Below are positions 49,425 to 61,912 of a stretch of 63,715 nt of DNA, piece after piece. This stretch comes from Sphaerodactylus townsendi (lineage: Eukaryota). Below the pieces are notes generated by a model. The model saw nothing but the letters and a program-made list of their open reading frames with translations. It made no database searches and was not told the DNA's origin. Made by a program: the position numbers and the translations under genes. Every line of letters starts with the position of its first letter. The stretch's first letter is position 1. Location of the stretch: NCBI RefSeq assembly GCF_021028975.2, contig NC_059430.1, positions 4,030,001-4,093,715 of the forward strand, given 5' to 3'.

Positions 49425-50115
49425 CAGTGATGGCAAACCTTTTCGAGACCGAGTGCCCAAATTGCAACCCAAAACCCACTTATTTATCGCAAAGTGCCTA
49501 CATGGCAATTTAACCTGAATACTGCGATTTTAGTTTAGAAAAAATGGTTGGCTCCGAGGCGTGCGTTACTCGGGAGTAAGCTTGATGGTAGTCAGTGGCT
49601 TTGCTGTTGGAGCAACCGTGCAACTCTTCCAATGGGTGAATCATGACCCTAGGAGGGTTTACTCAGAAGCAAGCCCCATTGCCAGCAACCGAGCTTACTC
49701 CCAGATAAAGGATCATGCTTTAGTTCTTCGCATGAAAACCAGTGGGGTTTAACGGCACTTATTTATTTTATTTTATTTATTTATTTGTTCCACTTTTATA
49801 CCGCCCTCCCCCGAAGGGCTCAGGGCGGTTTACATCACAATATAAACAAGCGGATAACAAAATAAAATACTAAAAATTCATATCGGTTAAAAGCAGCACT
49901 CCTAATTCATAATCAGTTAAAACTATTTGATTGAACCCTTAACAGGGTTACCTACACTGCTTCCCCAAAACTAGATCTTAGGTTTAATGCTAATAATCGA
50001 GCCCAGCGGCCCAGGCCAGCCTAGATGTGTGGGGGGGGCACTCTGTTTGCGAGTGCCCACAGAGAGGGCTCTGAGTGCCACCTCTGGCACCCGTGCCATA
50101 GATTTGCCACCACTG
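49425..50115. mobile_element. hAT non-autonomous element with nested L2 3' fragment (~49758-49935)
   Basis: TIRs CAGTGATGGCAAA / TTTGCCACCACTG; TSD CAATAGGA; internal module recurs inverted at ~1350-1495. Confidence 0.85.
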
Positions 50116-50408
50116 CAATAGGAAGTCTAGACAGAGAATGACTAGGGGAGGGCCAAGAAACAAACAAATGGCACAATTGCTGTGGCTCATTGTAGATTAG
50201 AAACAATAATGGATTGAGTCCCACATGCAAAAGCAGCTGAGAGTGGGAAGAATATCCTACTTCAGAGGAGTGAACATGTTGTTCAAAGCTGGGATGTGTT
50301 GACTGGGAGCCAGCAGGTGTTCATATGTATGATAAACTTTTAATCCCTATTTTTACATTGATTTGCTTATTATCTATGAATCCACAGATATTCTATATTT
50401 TAAGATAC

Positions 50409-50795
50409 AGGGGGCATCCATTGAAAATGCTGGGGGGAAGAATTAGGACTAATAAAAGGAAACACTTCTTCACGCAACGTGTGATTGGTGTTTGGAATAT
50501 GCTGCCACAGGAGGGGGTGATGGCCACTAACCTGGAGAGCTTTAAAAGGGGCTTGGACAGATTGATGGAGGTGAAGTCGATCTATGGCTACCAATCTTGA
50601 TCCTCCTTGATCTGAGATTGCAAATGCCTTAGCAGACCAGGTGCTCAGGAGCAGCAGCAGCAGAAGGCCATTGCTTTCACCTCCTGCCTGTGAGCTCCCA
50701 AAGGCACCTGGTGGGCCACTGCGAGTAGCAGAGAGCTGGACTAGATGGACTCTGGTCTGATCCAGCTGGCTTGTTCTTATGTTCTTATGTTCTTA
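50409..50795 (+). mobile_element. Young CR1 3' end
   Basis: ORF2 end, 3' UTR and tail. Confidence 0.9.
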
Positions 50796-51681
50796 AATGT
50801 TGATTCGTTTTCACGGTGGATGAAATTATAAGATAATTCATTAGCCAAGAATGTGCTCTCTTGCCAAGTTCAAATGGGAGCTGCAGTAAGAAGATGATTT
50901 TTACAAACCTATAGATCTGAAGATTTGGGAGCCTGTTCGAAGAAAGGGCTTCTTGCTCGTGAGATGCTAACCCTGGCGTAGGATATTTTCATGGACTCCT
51001 GTGATTGTTCTCTTTTGATTGTCTGTGTAGCGATAGTGGAGTCTGTTCTTTCCTGGAGTTAGTCAATTGGCTACAGAGAGGACCTCTGTTGCACCAGAGA
51101 TTATTTTAATGTTTGTCAGTGTTAAGCACAGATTAGGGAAACTGTTCACTGGACCCCAAAGGAGCCGTCTCCCTCCCTCCACCCTGGCAAATGAATCTTC
51201 AACAGATTCCCTGCATTGATTCAGATTTGTTTCTTGCGTCAGCTTCCACCTATCCTCCCTTCTCTACCCCCTTTTCATACTTTTCTCACTACTGATGTTT
51301 TGATGGAAAAGGAACAGGATTAGTTGCTGTGGTGTTCTGCTTACTTTACTTTGGAAAGCACGAGGCCGTTGTAAGCAAATAACTGTGTTACTGTGATTTT
51401 ATTCAGAATATCTTGATGACATTCAGTCCCAGCTGCCAAAGTGACAAAGACATTCATTCTTCTCCTTGGTTTTTGATATATTTCATTCTTAAGAAAAATA
51501 TATACAGTACTCATTGCATTCTACTCAACTATTCTTCAATATGAACAAACCTATCCCTCAGCGATGCTCACCTGGAGTGGTTCGTGCCAGCCAAAGGGCT
51601 CAAGAAGTCACCTCTTATCCTTCCAGCAGGATGTGAGGGGGGGTTGCCCAGCCCCTGGAAATACCTGGCCCCGAAACGCTA

Positions 51682-52045
51682 CTCACCTCTGCACATGGAT
51701 TTCAACTCAAGGTTGGGTTCCTTCATGTGCAGGGTCTTGGCTCCAGTTCATCCTGTTTGCCAGCCCTCAGAGCAGCTGAGCCGAGGGTTTTCAGGGTGGG
51801 AGTGTGTGGTAGCTCCTAGACGTGGAGCCGACTGTAGATCTGGAAAGCCCTTCTTTACCTCTAGCATGAAATATCCCAAGTCTCGAAGCAGGTGTCTCTT
51901 GCAGCTGGAGGTTTGCGAGGCTGACCCTACCTGGAGGCACAATTCTTTTCTTGGCAGGTGGAGGGCGTTGCCTTGGGGATGTCCCAGATTAGAACCCCTC
52001 AGGGAGTAATGCTTAATGGCTGGGAGCTCAGAGAACTGGGACAGA
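51682..52045 (-). promoter_or_regulatory. Putative OR7 promoter and 5' non-coding exon
   Basis: Donor GAG|GTGAGT; CCCTCAGGGAG followed by TAATGC and TAATGG at 51996-52019. Confidence 0.6.
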
Positions 52046-52261
52046 TTGTGTCTCACTACAACACGGGATAATTTATCCCCAGAGGACCACCCAGAACTTA
52101 TAAACACGTGGGAGACAGATCTAATAGTTTTGCCCTAAGCTTTACACCCCAATTGTTCAGTGATGGTCCATGTCCATTACAGGGTTAAAATCTTCCCAAA
52201 ACATACATTATATCCCTTCTGTCATTAGGAAGCATTCTGGACGCATAAACTCCCCAGAACA

Positions 52262-52451
52262 GACACCTGGTGAGGTAGGTGGGGCTGAGAGAGTTCTGAG
52301 AGAACTGTGAGTAGCCCAAGCAGGATTGTAGGAGTGTGGAAACAAATCTGGTTCACCAGATAAGACTCTGCCACTCATTTGGAGAAGTGGGGAATCAAAC
52401 CCAGTTCTCCAGATTAGAGTTCACCTGCTCTTAACCGCTGTACCACACTGA
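52262..52451 (-). mobile_element. Squam3-like SINE fragment (similar fragment at ~49200-49352)
   Basis: Shared core motifs. Confidence 0.7.
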
Positions 52452-52485
52452 CACTTTTAGTGAGAATCACATATTCAGAGTTTTA

Positions 52486-53177
52486 AAGATTGTCATGCCC
52501 TTATATAAAGCAGTGGTGCGACCGCACTTGGAGTACTGTGTTCAGTTCTGGTCGCCACATCTCAAAAAGGATATGGAAGAGATAGAAAAAGTGCAGAGAA
52601 GGGCAACGAGGATGATTGAGGGACTGGAGCACCTTCCTTATGAGGAGAGGCTGCAGCGTTTGGGACTCTTTAGTTTGGAGAGGAGACGGCTGAGGGGGGA
52701 TAGGATTGAAGTCTATAAAATGATGCATGGGGTAGAAAATGTGGACAGAGAGACATTTTTCTCTCTTTCTCACAATACTAGAACCAGGGGGCATTCATTA
52801 AAAATGCTGGGGGGAAGAATTAGGACTAATAAAAGGAAACACTTCTTCACGCAGCGTGTGATTGGTGTTTGGAATATGCTACCACAGGAGGTGGTGATGG
52901 CCACTAACCTGGAAAGCTTTAAAAGAGGCTTGGACAGATTGATGGAGGAGAAGTCGATCTATGGCTACCAATCTTGATCCTCTTTGATCTGAGATTACAA
53001 ATGCCTTAGCAGACCAGGTGCTCAGGAGCAGCAGCAGCAGCAGAAGGCCATTGCTTTCATCTCCTGCATGTGAGCTCCCAAAGGCACCTGGTGGGCCACT
53101 GCGAGTAGCAGAGAGCTGGACTAGATGGACTCTGGTCTGATCCAGCTGGCTTTTTCTTATGTTCTTATGTTCTTATG
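52486..53177 (+). mobile_element. Young CR1 3' fragment
   Basis: 160-aa ORF2 C-terminus plus tail. Confidence 0.92.
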
Positions 53178-53575
53178 ATTCTGGAATACCAAAAGTTATT
53201 CCCCTGCTGCCTTGCAGTACTACAACTGTGAACTCCCTATGGAAAGACGGCTCGGTAATTTCACAATTTAGATGGTCCTTCGCTCTGCAGAGCTTTTATA
53301 TTAGTTTGTTTCCATGCCCTTCCCTTGAAGGTACTCACTGGAAGATTCTGCTTCAGGAGAGAACATGATCATGTTCTCCAAGGTCCCCCAACGCAACCCA
53401 GCCTATCATTTTGGACAGCCAGTTACATGCAATATCACTTTATCTTACCATAATCTGCTCTAAAGACCTAATGAATACTGGTGGCATTGTCCAAATTTTA
53501 TTGAATGATCATATTCCAGAGATCACTGTCATGGTTGCAAAGTTTCTTCCTGAAGTTGTCAAAGACCGAAAGTAG

Positions 53576-54833
53576 ATAAGAACATAAGAACATAAGAACA
53601 AGCCAGCTGGATCAGACCAGAGTCCATCTAGTCCAGCTCTCTGCTACTCGCAGTGGCCCACCAGGTGCCTTTGGGAGTTCACATGTAGGATGTGAACTAA
53701 TGGCTCTTTCATGCGGCTGTTGCTCCCGAAAGCACCTGGACTGTTAAGGCATTTGCAATCTCAGATCAAAGAGGGATCAACAAGATTGGTGAGCCATAAA
53801 TTGACTTCTCTCTCCATAAATCTGTCCAGTCCCCTTTGGTAAAGCTTATCCAGGTTAGTGGCCATCACCACCTCCCTGTGGTAGCATATTCCAAACACCA
53901 ATCACACGCTATGTGAAGAAGTGTTTCCTTTATTAGTTCTTAATTCTTCCCCCCAGCATCTTTCAAGCAATGAATGCCCCCCTGGTTCTAGTATTGTGAG
54001 AAAGAGAGAAAAATGTCTCTCTGTCCACATTTCTACCCCATGCATAATTTTATAGACTTCAATCATATCCCCCCTCAGACGTCTCCTCTCCAAACTAAAG
54101 AGTCCCAAACGCTGCAGCCTTTCCTCATAAGGAAGGTGCTCCATTCCCTCAATCATCCTCGTTGCCCTTCTCTGCACTTTTTCTATCTCTTCAATATCCT
54201 TTTGAGATGTGGTGACCAGAACTGAACACAGTACTCCAAGTGGTCAAAGACTACTGCTTTATATAAGGGCATGACAATCTTTGCAGTTTTATTATCAATT
54301 CCTTTCCTGATTATCCCCAGCATAGAGTTTGCCTTTTTCACAGCTGCCATACATTGAGTTGACATTCCCATGGAACTATCAATTAAGACGCCCAAATCCC
54401 TTCCTGGTCTGTGACTGATAGCACTGACCCCTGTAGCGTGTATGTGAAGTTTGGATTTTTTGCCCCTATGTGCATCACTTTGCATTTTGCTACATTGAAC
54501 TGCATTTGCCATTTCTTAGCCCACTCACCTAATTTATCAAGGTCCTTTGTGGTTCTCACCACCCTACATAATTTGGTATCATCTGCAAACTTGGCCACCA
54601 TGCTACCCACCCCTACTTCCAGGTCATTTATGAATAGGTTAAAGAGCACTGGTCCCAATACGGATCCTTGGGGGACACCACTCCCCACATCTCTCCATTG
54701 TGAGAATTTCCCATTTACACCCACTCTTTGCTTCCTGTTTCTCAACCAGTTTTTAATCCATAGGAGGACTTCCCCTCTTATTCCTTCATTGCTGAGTTTT
54801 CTCAATAGTCTCTGGTGAGGAACTTTGTCAAAA
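53576..54833 (-). mobile_element. Young CR1 3' fragment containing RT motifs
   Basis: FDKVPH, GVPQGSVLGP, KFADDTKL; tail. Confidence 0.93.
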
Positions 54834-56147
54834 TAGGAAACTATCATGAATCTTTTAGCCCTTGTTTATTTCTGTAACTTCAGTGCCAGTAAAGGATGAA
54901 CTTTGAACTTCAACTGATATTCAATCACCATTATTGTTAGATTCTAAATATTTTCCCCAAAATTACAAAATCTGTTAAGTTACATAAGCTTCTACTATTC
55001 TTCAGCACAAATATTGCACACACATTTTTTGCTATTCACATTTCATTTCACTGTTCCTTTTACATTTAGGAATAATGTGAAAATTACCTTTTCCACTTAT
55101 TTTGGAATTCACGATTAGGTCTTTTATTAACCAAGGTCATTAGTTTGGCCATTGTTTATTAATTTTAATTTTATTTTACTGCATTTAACTGCCCTACCCA
55201 GACTCAGGATGGCTCAGAAACATAACTTAGGAACATCAGTTCATAGAAATCAGATTGCCTTAGCCATTGATGGCATATTCCCTTGATATATTTCCCCAGT
55301 TCCCAGGCTACGGCATTCTTCTAGCTTCCAGTTTGTTGTAAGTGGCCCTCTAGCTGCTCTCGTCAAATATTGTCCACCATGTATGGTAAAAGGTGACATA
55401 GATTGCTTTGCATTTCCAGCATTTCCCTTTGTAAATTTTGATCATTTTCTCAATAACTTTTAGAGTGATGGAACAATAGTGGTACATCTTATACCACTTT
55501 TCTCTCAAAGTTTAGCAAGCAGTGAATTTTATTCCTTTTGTCCACAAAAGGTGCCCATTGTTGGAAAGGTATCTCTTCTTCAGAGTTTTGCATCCATTTA
55601 ACTGTACATGTTTTCATTTGTTCTGTTTCCATATCATATTTCAATAAGATTTTATATATTCAGTGCAATTATTGTTCCTTGTGCTGAAAAATTTCCCTTT
55701 CCTCTTAGTTTTCCTCCAGGTGAGCAGAACCCCGTCTTAATCGTGGGATGGTGCCATCTGCTTTTAAATTATTCTATGCTGTTTTATTTGATGGTTGCTG
55801 TTTTATTATATGGTTGTTCACCACCCTGAGCCCTCCGGAGGACCAATAGACAAACAGACAGACAGACAGGCAGACAGAGATGGATAGTTTTAATCCATTT
55901 TTAATTTTTGTTTTATACCCTGCCCATCCCAGAAGAGCTCAGGGCAGCAACAACATGGTAAACCTACATTACAGTTAAAAGTCATAAATTGAAAAATAGC
56001 CCAAAGGCAGGACCATGCCGGCTAAAAAACCAACCTTTGTTAATTCTCCGAGCCAGTGCAGCTCTGTGTAGCCTGGGCTTCTGAGGCACTTGTGCTCGTC
56101 CCGGCAGTGGGGCAATGCCACTGTCTAACATGTTGCTATGCCACTGT

Positions 56148-57104
56148 CTAACATACAGACTGGTGATGCTTAGACTTCCTCCAGGTTTCCACAGCCTTCT
56201 TGAGGGCCCCTTTCACTTCTTTGTTGCGGAGGCTATAAATTATGGGGTTCAGCATTGGGGTGATGATGCAGTACATGATGGAGCCCAAAGTTCCAGTTGC
56301 CAAAGAGTAACCAGCGCTTGGCCTCTGATAGTTCAAGATCCCATTTCCATAGTAAACGAAGACAACAATAAGGTGAGAAGCGCAGGTGGAGAAAGCTTTG
56401 CGCTTCCCAGTGGTGGAACGGATCTTCAAGATGGAGGACAGGATGAAGACGTATGAGAAAATGATGAACAGGAAGGGGCCCCCACCCACGAAAAATCCCG
56501 ATATATTGAGTGCCAGTTCATTGATGTGTGCATCATTACAAGCAATTTTCATCAGTGGAGGGAGATCGCAGAAGATGTGATGAATCTGGTTGACTCCACA
56601 AAAGTCCAACCTGGAGATGAGTGCCAGGTGGAGAGCAGAGTCTAGGAGACCCCAGATCCAAGTGGCAAAGGCTAGTATGGTGCACACCTTGAAATCTACG
56701 AGGTGGGAGTAATGCAAAGGTTTACAGATGGCAGCATAGCGGTCGTAGGCCATGACAGCCAGCAGACCACACTCCGCTCCCGTGAAAGACATCAGGAAGA
56801 AGATCTGGGCCATGCACTCGTCGTAGGAGATGGTCTGTTGCTGACACAAGAAGTTCACCAGGATTTTGGGGACGGTGACCGAGGAGATGCAAATATCTAA
56901 GCAGGAGAGGTGGCTGAGGAAATAATACATGGGGGTACGGAGGCTGGAATCCAGTTGAATCATAGTGAATATCATGAGGTTCCCCAGCACAGTGACCAAG
57001 TAGATGGCTAAGAACGCCAGGAAGAGGTAGATGTGCCCATTCAAAATGCCAGAAAAACCCAGGAAGACAAATTCCATCACTTGTGTCTGATTCTGGATTC
57101 CCAT
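56148..57104 (-). CDS. Olfactory receptor OR8, intact, 318 aa from MGIQNQT
   Basis: Full OR motif set; acceptor at 57123-57135; the upstream ORF extension is intronic. Confidence 0.95.
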   Translation of the reverse strand: MGIQNQTQVMEFVFLGFSGILNGHIYLFLAFLAIYLVTVLGNLMIFTMIQLDSSLRTPMYYFLSHLSCLDICISSVTVPKILVNFLCQQQTISYDECMAQIFFLMSFTGAECGLLAVMAYDRYAAICKPLHYSHLVDFKVCTILAFATWIWGLLDSALHLALISRLDFCGVNQIHHIFCDLPPLMKIACNDAHINELALNISGFFVGGGPFLFIIFSYVFILSSILKIRSTTGKRKAFSTCASHLIVVFVYYGNGILNYQRPSAGYSLATGTLGSIMYCIITPMLNPIIYSLRNKEVKGALKKAVETWRKSKHHQSVC

Positions 57105-57310
57105 TGAGGGCCAAGAACTCACCTGTAAGGGGAAAATAATCAACTGAGATAAGAAATCCCCCATGATAAATGTATTTGGGATACCACCAGGCAGCTTGAA
57201 TGGCAATTAAATCATTTGTGTGAAGCAGGGTTGATGTAATAGCGCCCCACGTGGATATTGGATATGTCACGAGTACATGACTTCTCTTCTGGTTTCTCTC
57301 CTCCTTACTC

Positions 57311-58181
57311 ATAAGAACATGAGAACATAAGAACTAGCCTGCTGGATCAGACCAGAGTCCATCTAGTCCAGCACTCTGCTACTCACAGTGGCCCACCAGA
57401 TGCCTTTGGGAGCTCACATGCAGGATGTGAAAGCAATGGCCTTCTGCTGCTGCTGCTGCTGCCGAGCACCTGGTCTGCTAAGGCATTTCCAATCTGAGAT
57501 CAAGGAGGATCAAGATTGGTAGCCATAGATTGACTTCTCCTCCATAAATCTGTCCAAGCCCTTTTTAAAGCTATCCAGGTTAGTGGCCATCACCACCTCC
57601 TGTGGCAGCATATTCCAAACACCAATCACACGTTGTTGCGTGAAGAAGTGTTTCCTTTTATTAGTCCTAATTCTTCCCCCCAGCATTTTCAATGGATGCC
57701 CCCTGGTTCTAGTATTGGGAGAAAGAGAGAAAAATGTCTCTCTGTCCACATTTTCTACCCCATGCATCATTTTATAGACTTCAATCATATCCCCCCTCAG
57801 ACGTCTCCTCTCCAAACTAAAGAGTCCCAAACGCTGCAGCCTCTCCTCACAAGGAAGGTGCTCCAGTCCCTCAATCATCCTCGTTGCCCTTCTCTGCACT
57901 TTTTCTATCTCTTCCATATCCTTTTTGAGATGTGGCAACCAGAACTGAACACAGCACTCCAAGTGCGGTCGCACCACGGCTTTATATAAGGGCATGACAA
58001 TCCTTGCAGTTTTATTATCAATTCCTTTCCTAATGATCCCCAGCATAGAGTTTGCCTTTTTCACAGCTGCCATGCATTGAGTTGACATTCCCATGGAACT
58101 ATCAACTAAGATGCCCAAATCCCTTTCCTGGTCTGTGACTGATAGCATTGACCCCTGTGGCGTGTATGTGAAGTTTGGATT
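57311..58181 (-). mobile_element. Young CR1 3' fragment in OR8 intron
   Basis: Open ORF2 C-terminus plus tail. Confidence 0.92.
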
Positions 58182-58375
58182 ACTCAACTGAAACTGCTCT
58201 GTCCAACATCTCTGATGATCTTCTCAGTCTTGAATGGACAAGTTCTCTTCTAAGTTTTCCACACCCTGGGTCTGTCTGCTGCCTTTGATCCATCTGATCT
58301 CTCCCTTGCTTGATGTGTAGGATTTTGTTGACACTCTTTTCAACTGCTCCTCCTCCTTTGTGTAATTGGTCATGA

Positions 58376-58987
58376 ACTGGTTGTGGTGGGTTTTCCGGGC
58401 TGTGTGGCCGTGGTCTGGTGGATCTTGTTCCTAACGGTCTTGTTCCAATCATTTCAGATTGGAAACAAGCTAGCCCATAGCAGTGGGCATAATGTGATAA
58501 TAAACCTATCCACCAGACCACTGCCACACATCCCGGAAAACCCACCACAACCAGTGGTGGGATCCAAAAATTTTAGTAACAGGTCCCCATGCTGGTGGGA
58601 TTCAAACTGTGGTGTAGTGCCAATGGGGCTGGGTGGGGCACGACGGGGGCGTGGCCGGGCATTCCAGGGGTCGGGCATTCCTGGGCGGGGCTGTGGCAAG
58701 GACACAGCCGCTGCGCCGGTCCTTGGGCGGGACACTAATGCACGCAGGCGCAGTCTGCCACGCACGCCGGTGCACCTCCTGCTAGACTGCTTCAAGTTCT
58801 GCGCACTACTGCTGAGAGGAGGGGCGTAACTAAGGCAAACATCACGTGGCAAAATCACCAATTAGTAACCCCCTCTCGGCACACACAAAAAATTAGTGAC
58901 CTACTCTCGAGAACCTGCGAGAACCTGCTGGATCCCACCTCTGACCACAACCCATTGAATCCAGCCGTGAAAGCCTTCGACAATACA
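58376..58987. mobile_element. Penelope terminal-repeat fragments in inverted arrangement, interrupted by a hAT MITE
   Basis: Matches 24594-24685; ends GTGAAAGCCTTCGACAATAC. Confidence 0.78.
58552..58943. mobile_element. hAT MITE family A nested in a Penelope terminal repeat
   Basis: TIRs present; TSD ACCACAAC. Confidence 0.9.
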
Positions 58988-61427
58988 TCATACATCATAG
59001 AAGTAAGGTTCCGGGGAGAGGAAGCAACCATAAATAGATACAAACGCTGAACCCAACAGGAAATATCAACATGCAGAATTTAATGTGGAAGAACAACTCT
59101 AAGCTTCTATGTGATAAGGTTTACCCAGAATTTTTAGCTGTTCAATGCATGTAAAAACTCCATCGGGCTGCGCTGTGCTCTGATGATTCTCTGGCGTTGG
59201 GAATCATTTCTAGAGAATGCTGAAAAATTCTCCAGAAGTAACAAGAGCAGGGTTGATAATTGCCCAGAAAGTTGGCAAAGGGGCTTAGATCCCACCGAAC
59301 AAGGAAGTTTGGAAGAGGGACTGGCATTCTCGTTCTGTTTTCAGTCACTTCCGATGCGCACTTCCCCCCCTCCCCCCCCAGGAATGATAATGTAACTGAT
59401 GTTTTATTTGGGGTCTAGTGTACCATGTTATTGGGGTCTAGTGTACCACGTGTGCAAGCCTCACACGACTGCGGGATGCACACAAGTAAATGGCTTTGTA
59501 AACCTTGTAACAGATACCCTAGTTAAATTACCCTAGTTTTTATGTGTAAAATGTTGTTTTTAGCCTGCTGTGTTTAATGTTATTATGTATTGTTGTTGCA
59601 GGCCTGCTGTACGCCGCCCAGAGCCCTTCGGGGATGGGTGGTTTAAAATCAAATAAATAGATAAATAGATAAGATGATNNNNNNNNNNNNNNNNNNNNNN
59701 NNNNNNNNNNNNNNNNNNNNNNNNNNNNNNNNNNNNNNNNNNNNNNNNNNNNNNNNNNNNNNNNNNNNNNNNNNNNNNNNNNNNNNNNNNNNNNNNNNNN
59801 NNNNNNNNNNNNNNNNNNNNNNNNNNNNNNNNNNNNNNNNNNNNNNNNNNNNNNNNNNNNNNNNNNNNNNNNNNNNNNNNNNNNNNNNNNNNNNNNNNNN
59901 NNNNNNNNNNNNNNNNNNNNNNNNNNNNNNNNNNNNNNNNNNNNNNNNNNNNNNNNNNNNNNNNNNNNNNNNNNNNNNNNNNNNNNNNNNNNNNATTCTG
60001 CATGTTGATATTTCCTATTGGGTTCATCTCTTTTTTTTGTATCTGTTTATGGTTGCAGAACCTGTAATGACCTGTTAGCATTTCAGCTCTTTCCTGGTTT
60101 TCCCCATGAGTCCTTGGGAGGAGACCGGGAGCAGGTGGCAATGTGGGAACCCCTGGNNNNNNNNNNNNNNNNNNNNNNNNNNNNNNNNNNNNNNNNNNNN
60201 NNNNNNNNNNNNNNNNNNNNNNNNNNNNNNNNNNNNNNNNNNNNNNNNNNNNNNNNNNNNNNNNNNNNNNNNNNNNNNNNNNNNNNNNNNNNNNNNNNNN
60301 NNNNNNCCCTCCCCCAAAGGGCTCTGGGCAGTGAACAACACAATAACAAAGTCACATTAAAACCCCATGTAAAACAGCAGATTAAACAAAATTACATCGG
60401 CATCCAGCATAAAATTTCATAAAACTTTATCAACCCACCCTGGAGGAAACAAAACCAGAGAGCTGAGGGCCCCATAGAAATTAAGGGGCCTAGAATGTAA
60501 AAAAGGGGAGGAGAAGGGCGCATTGAGACTTAGTTCCAGCAAAAACTGACTCGTATCTGTTCTCAGGGTTCCTACTCAATAAACCTATTTCTGCATCCAA
60601 GAGTTTGGTTGTTGCTTGGTCAACAGAACCTGACATGAGTAAGATATTTTTTATGGACTCGTGTAACTGGTCTCCTTTAATCATCTGTGTAGCAATAGCA
60701 GAGACTGTTCTTCCCTGGAGTTAGTCAATTGGCCGCAGATTGACTTGAAAGAAGACATCTTGCATTATAAAAGTATCATCCTGCATGATAAATATATTTG
60801 GGATCCCACCGGGCAGTTTGAATGGCACTTATGTGGAAGAAGCAGGGTTCATGTTGATAAGTTTTCACGGGGGATGGAGTTATAAGATAGTTTGTTAGCT
60901 CTCTGGCCAAGTTCAACAGGGAGCTTTTGTTAGAAGATGATTTTACAGACCTATAGATTTGAAGATTTGGGATGCTTCTTCATAGAAGAGGCTTCTTGTT
61001 TATGAGCTGCTAACCATGGAGTAAAATATTTTCAAGGACTCGTGTAATCGTTCTCTTTTGATTGTCTATGTAGCGATAGTGGAGCCTGTTCTTTCCTGCA
61101 GTTAGTCAATTGGCCACAGAGAGGACCTCTGTTGCACCTGAGATTATTTTAATGCTTATTGTAATGCTTATCAGTGTTAAGCAAAGACTTGGGAAACTGT
61201 TCACTGGACCCCAAAACAGTTGTCTCTCTCTCCCTGCCTCCCCCAGCAAATGAACGCTCAACAGGTCCCCTGCATTGATTCAGGTTCATTTCTTGCATCA
61301 GCCTCTCCCTGCCCTCCCTCCTCTTGACTCCCTTTTCTTTTCCCACTACTGATGTTTTGATGGGAAAGGAACAGGATTCGTTGCTGTGGTGTTCTGCTTA
61401 CTTTACTTTGAAAAGCACGAGGCCGTT

Positions 61428-61912
61428 TGTATGAGCCAACAGGCCCGTCCTGACCTTTTCACAGCCCTGCAGGCCAGCCGACAGGCAGCTCACAAGTTTT
61501 CGGCAGGTTTGGCTCCGGCCTCCTCCACAGCAATCTTCTCACAGGCACTTTCACTTCAGCGAGAGAAGCAACGAAAGCAAGGGAAACCAATTCCTTTCTA
61601 TGACAAAGTCCAAAGCCTTTTATTCGCTGTCATTTAAAATCACAAAAAACCAACCATCCTTCAACAGTTCCAAACATTCCAAACGATAAGGATTGGTTTC
61701 AGTCTACTGACCAAGAATCACGGCTACGTACTGAGTGAATCACTCGCAAAACAAAACTTATCTCCTTGCTTTTCCCCCTGCAAAGCTTTATCTTGTCTCC
61801 TTCCTTAAACAGCACCAGCTGTGTTCACTCTGAGGAGATGGTAATTTATCTCCTACAGGCAGCATTCCGACTGGTAAAGCCTTTTTGCTGTAAGATGCAA
61901 CCCTTACATACA
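61428..61912 (-). mobile_element. Solo LTR
   Basis: TGTATG...CATACA termini; 5-bp TSD CCGTT; empty site at ~51366-51370; minus-strand AATAAA at ~61619-61624. Confidence 0.85.

Noticed and set aside
56115-56900. Recurrent antisense ORFs over the OR CDSs
   Set aside because: By-products of paralogous codon conservation; starts and lengths are inconsistent
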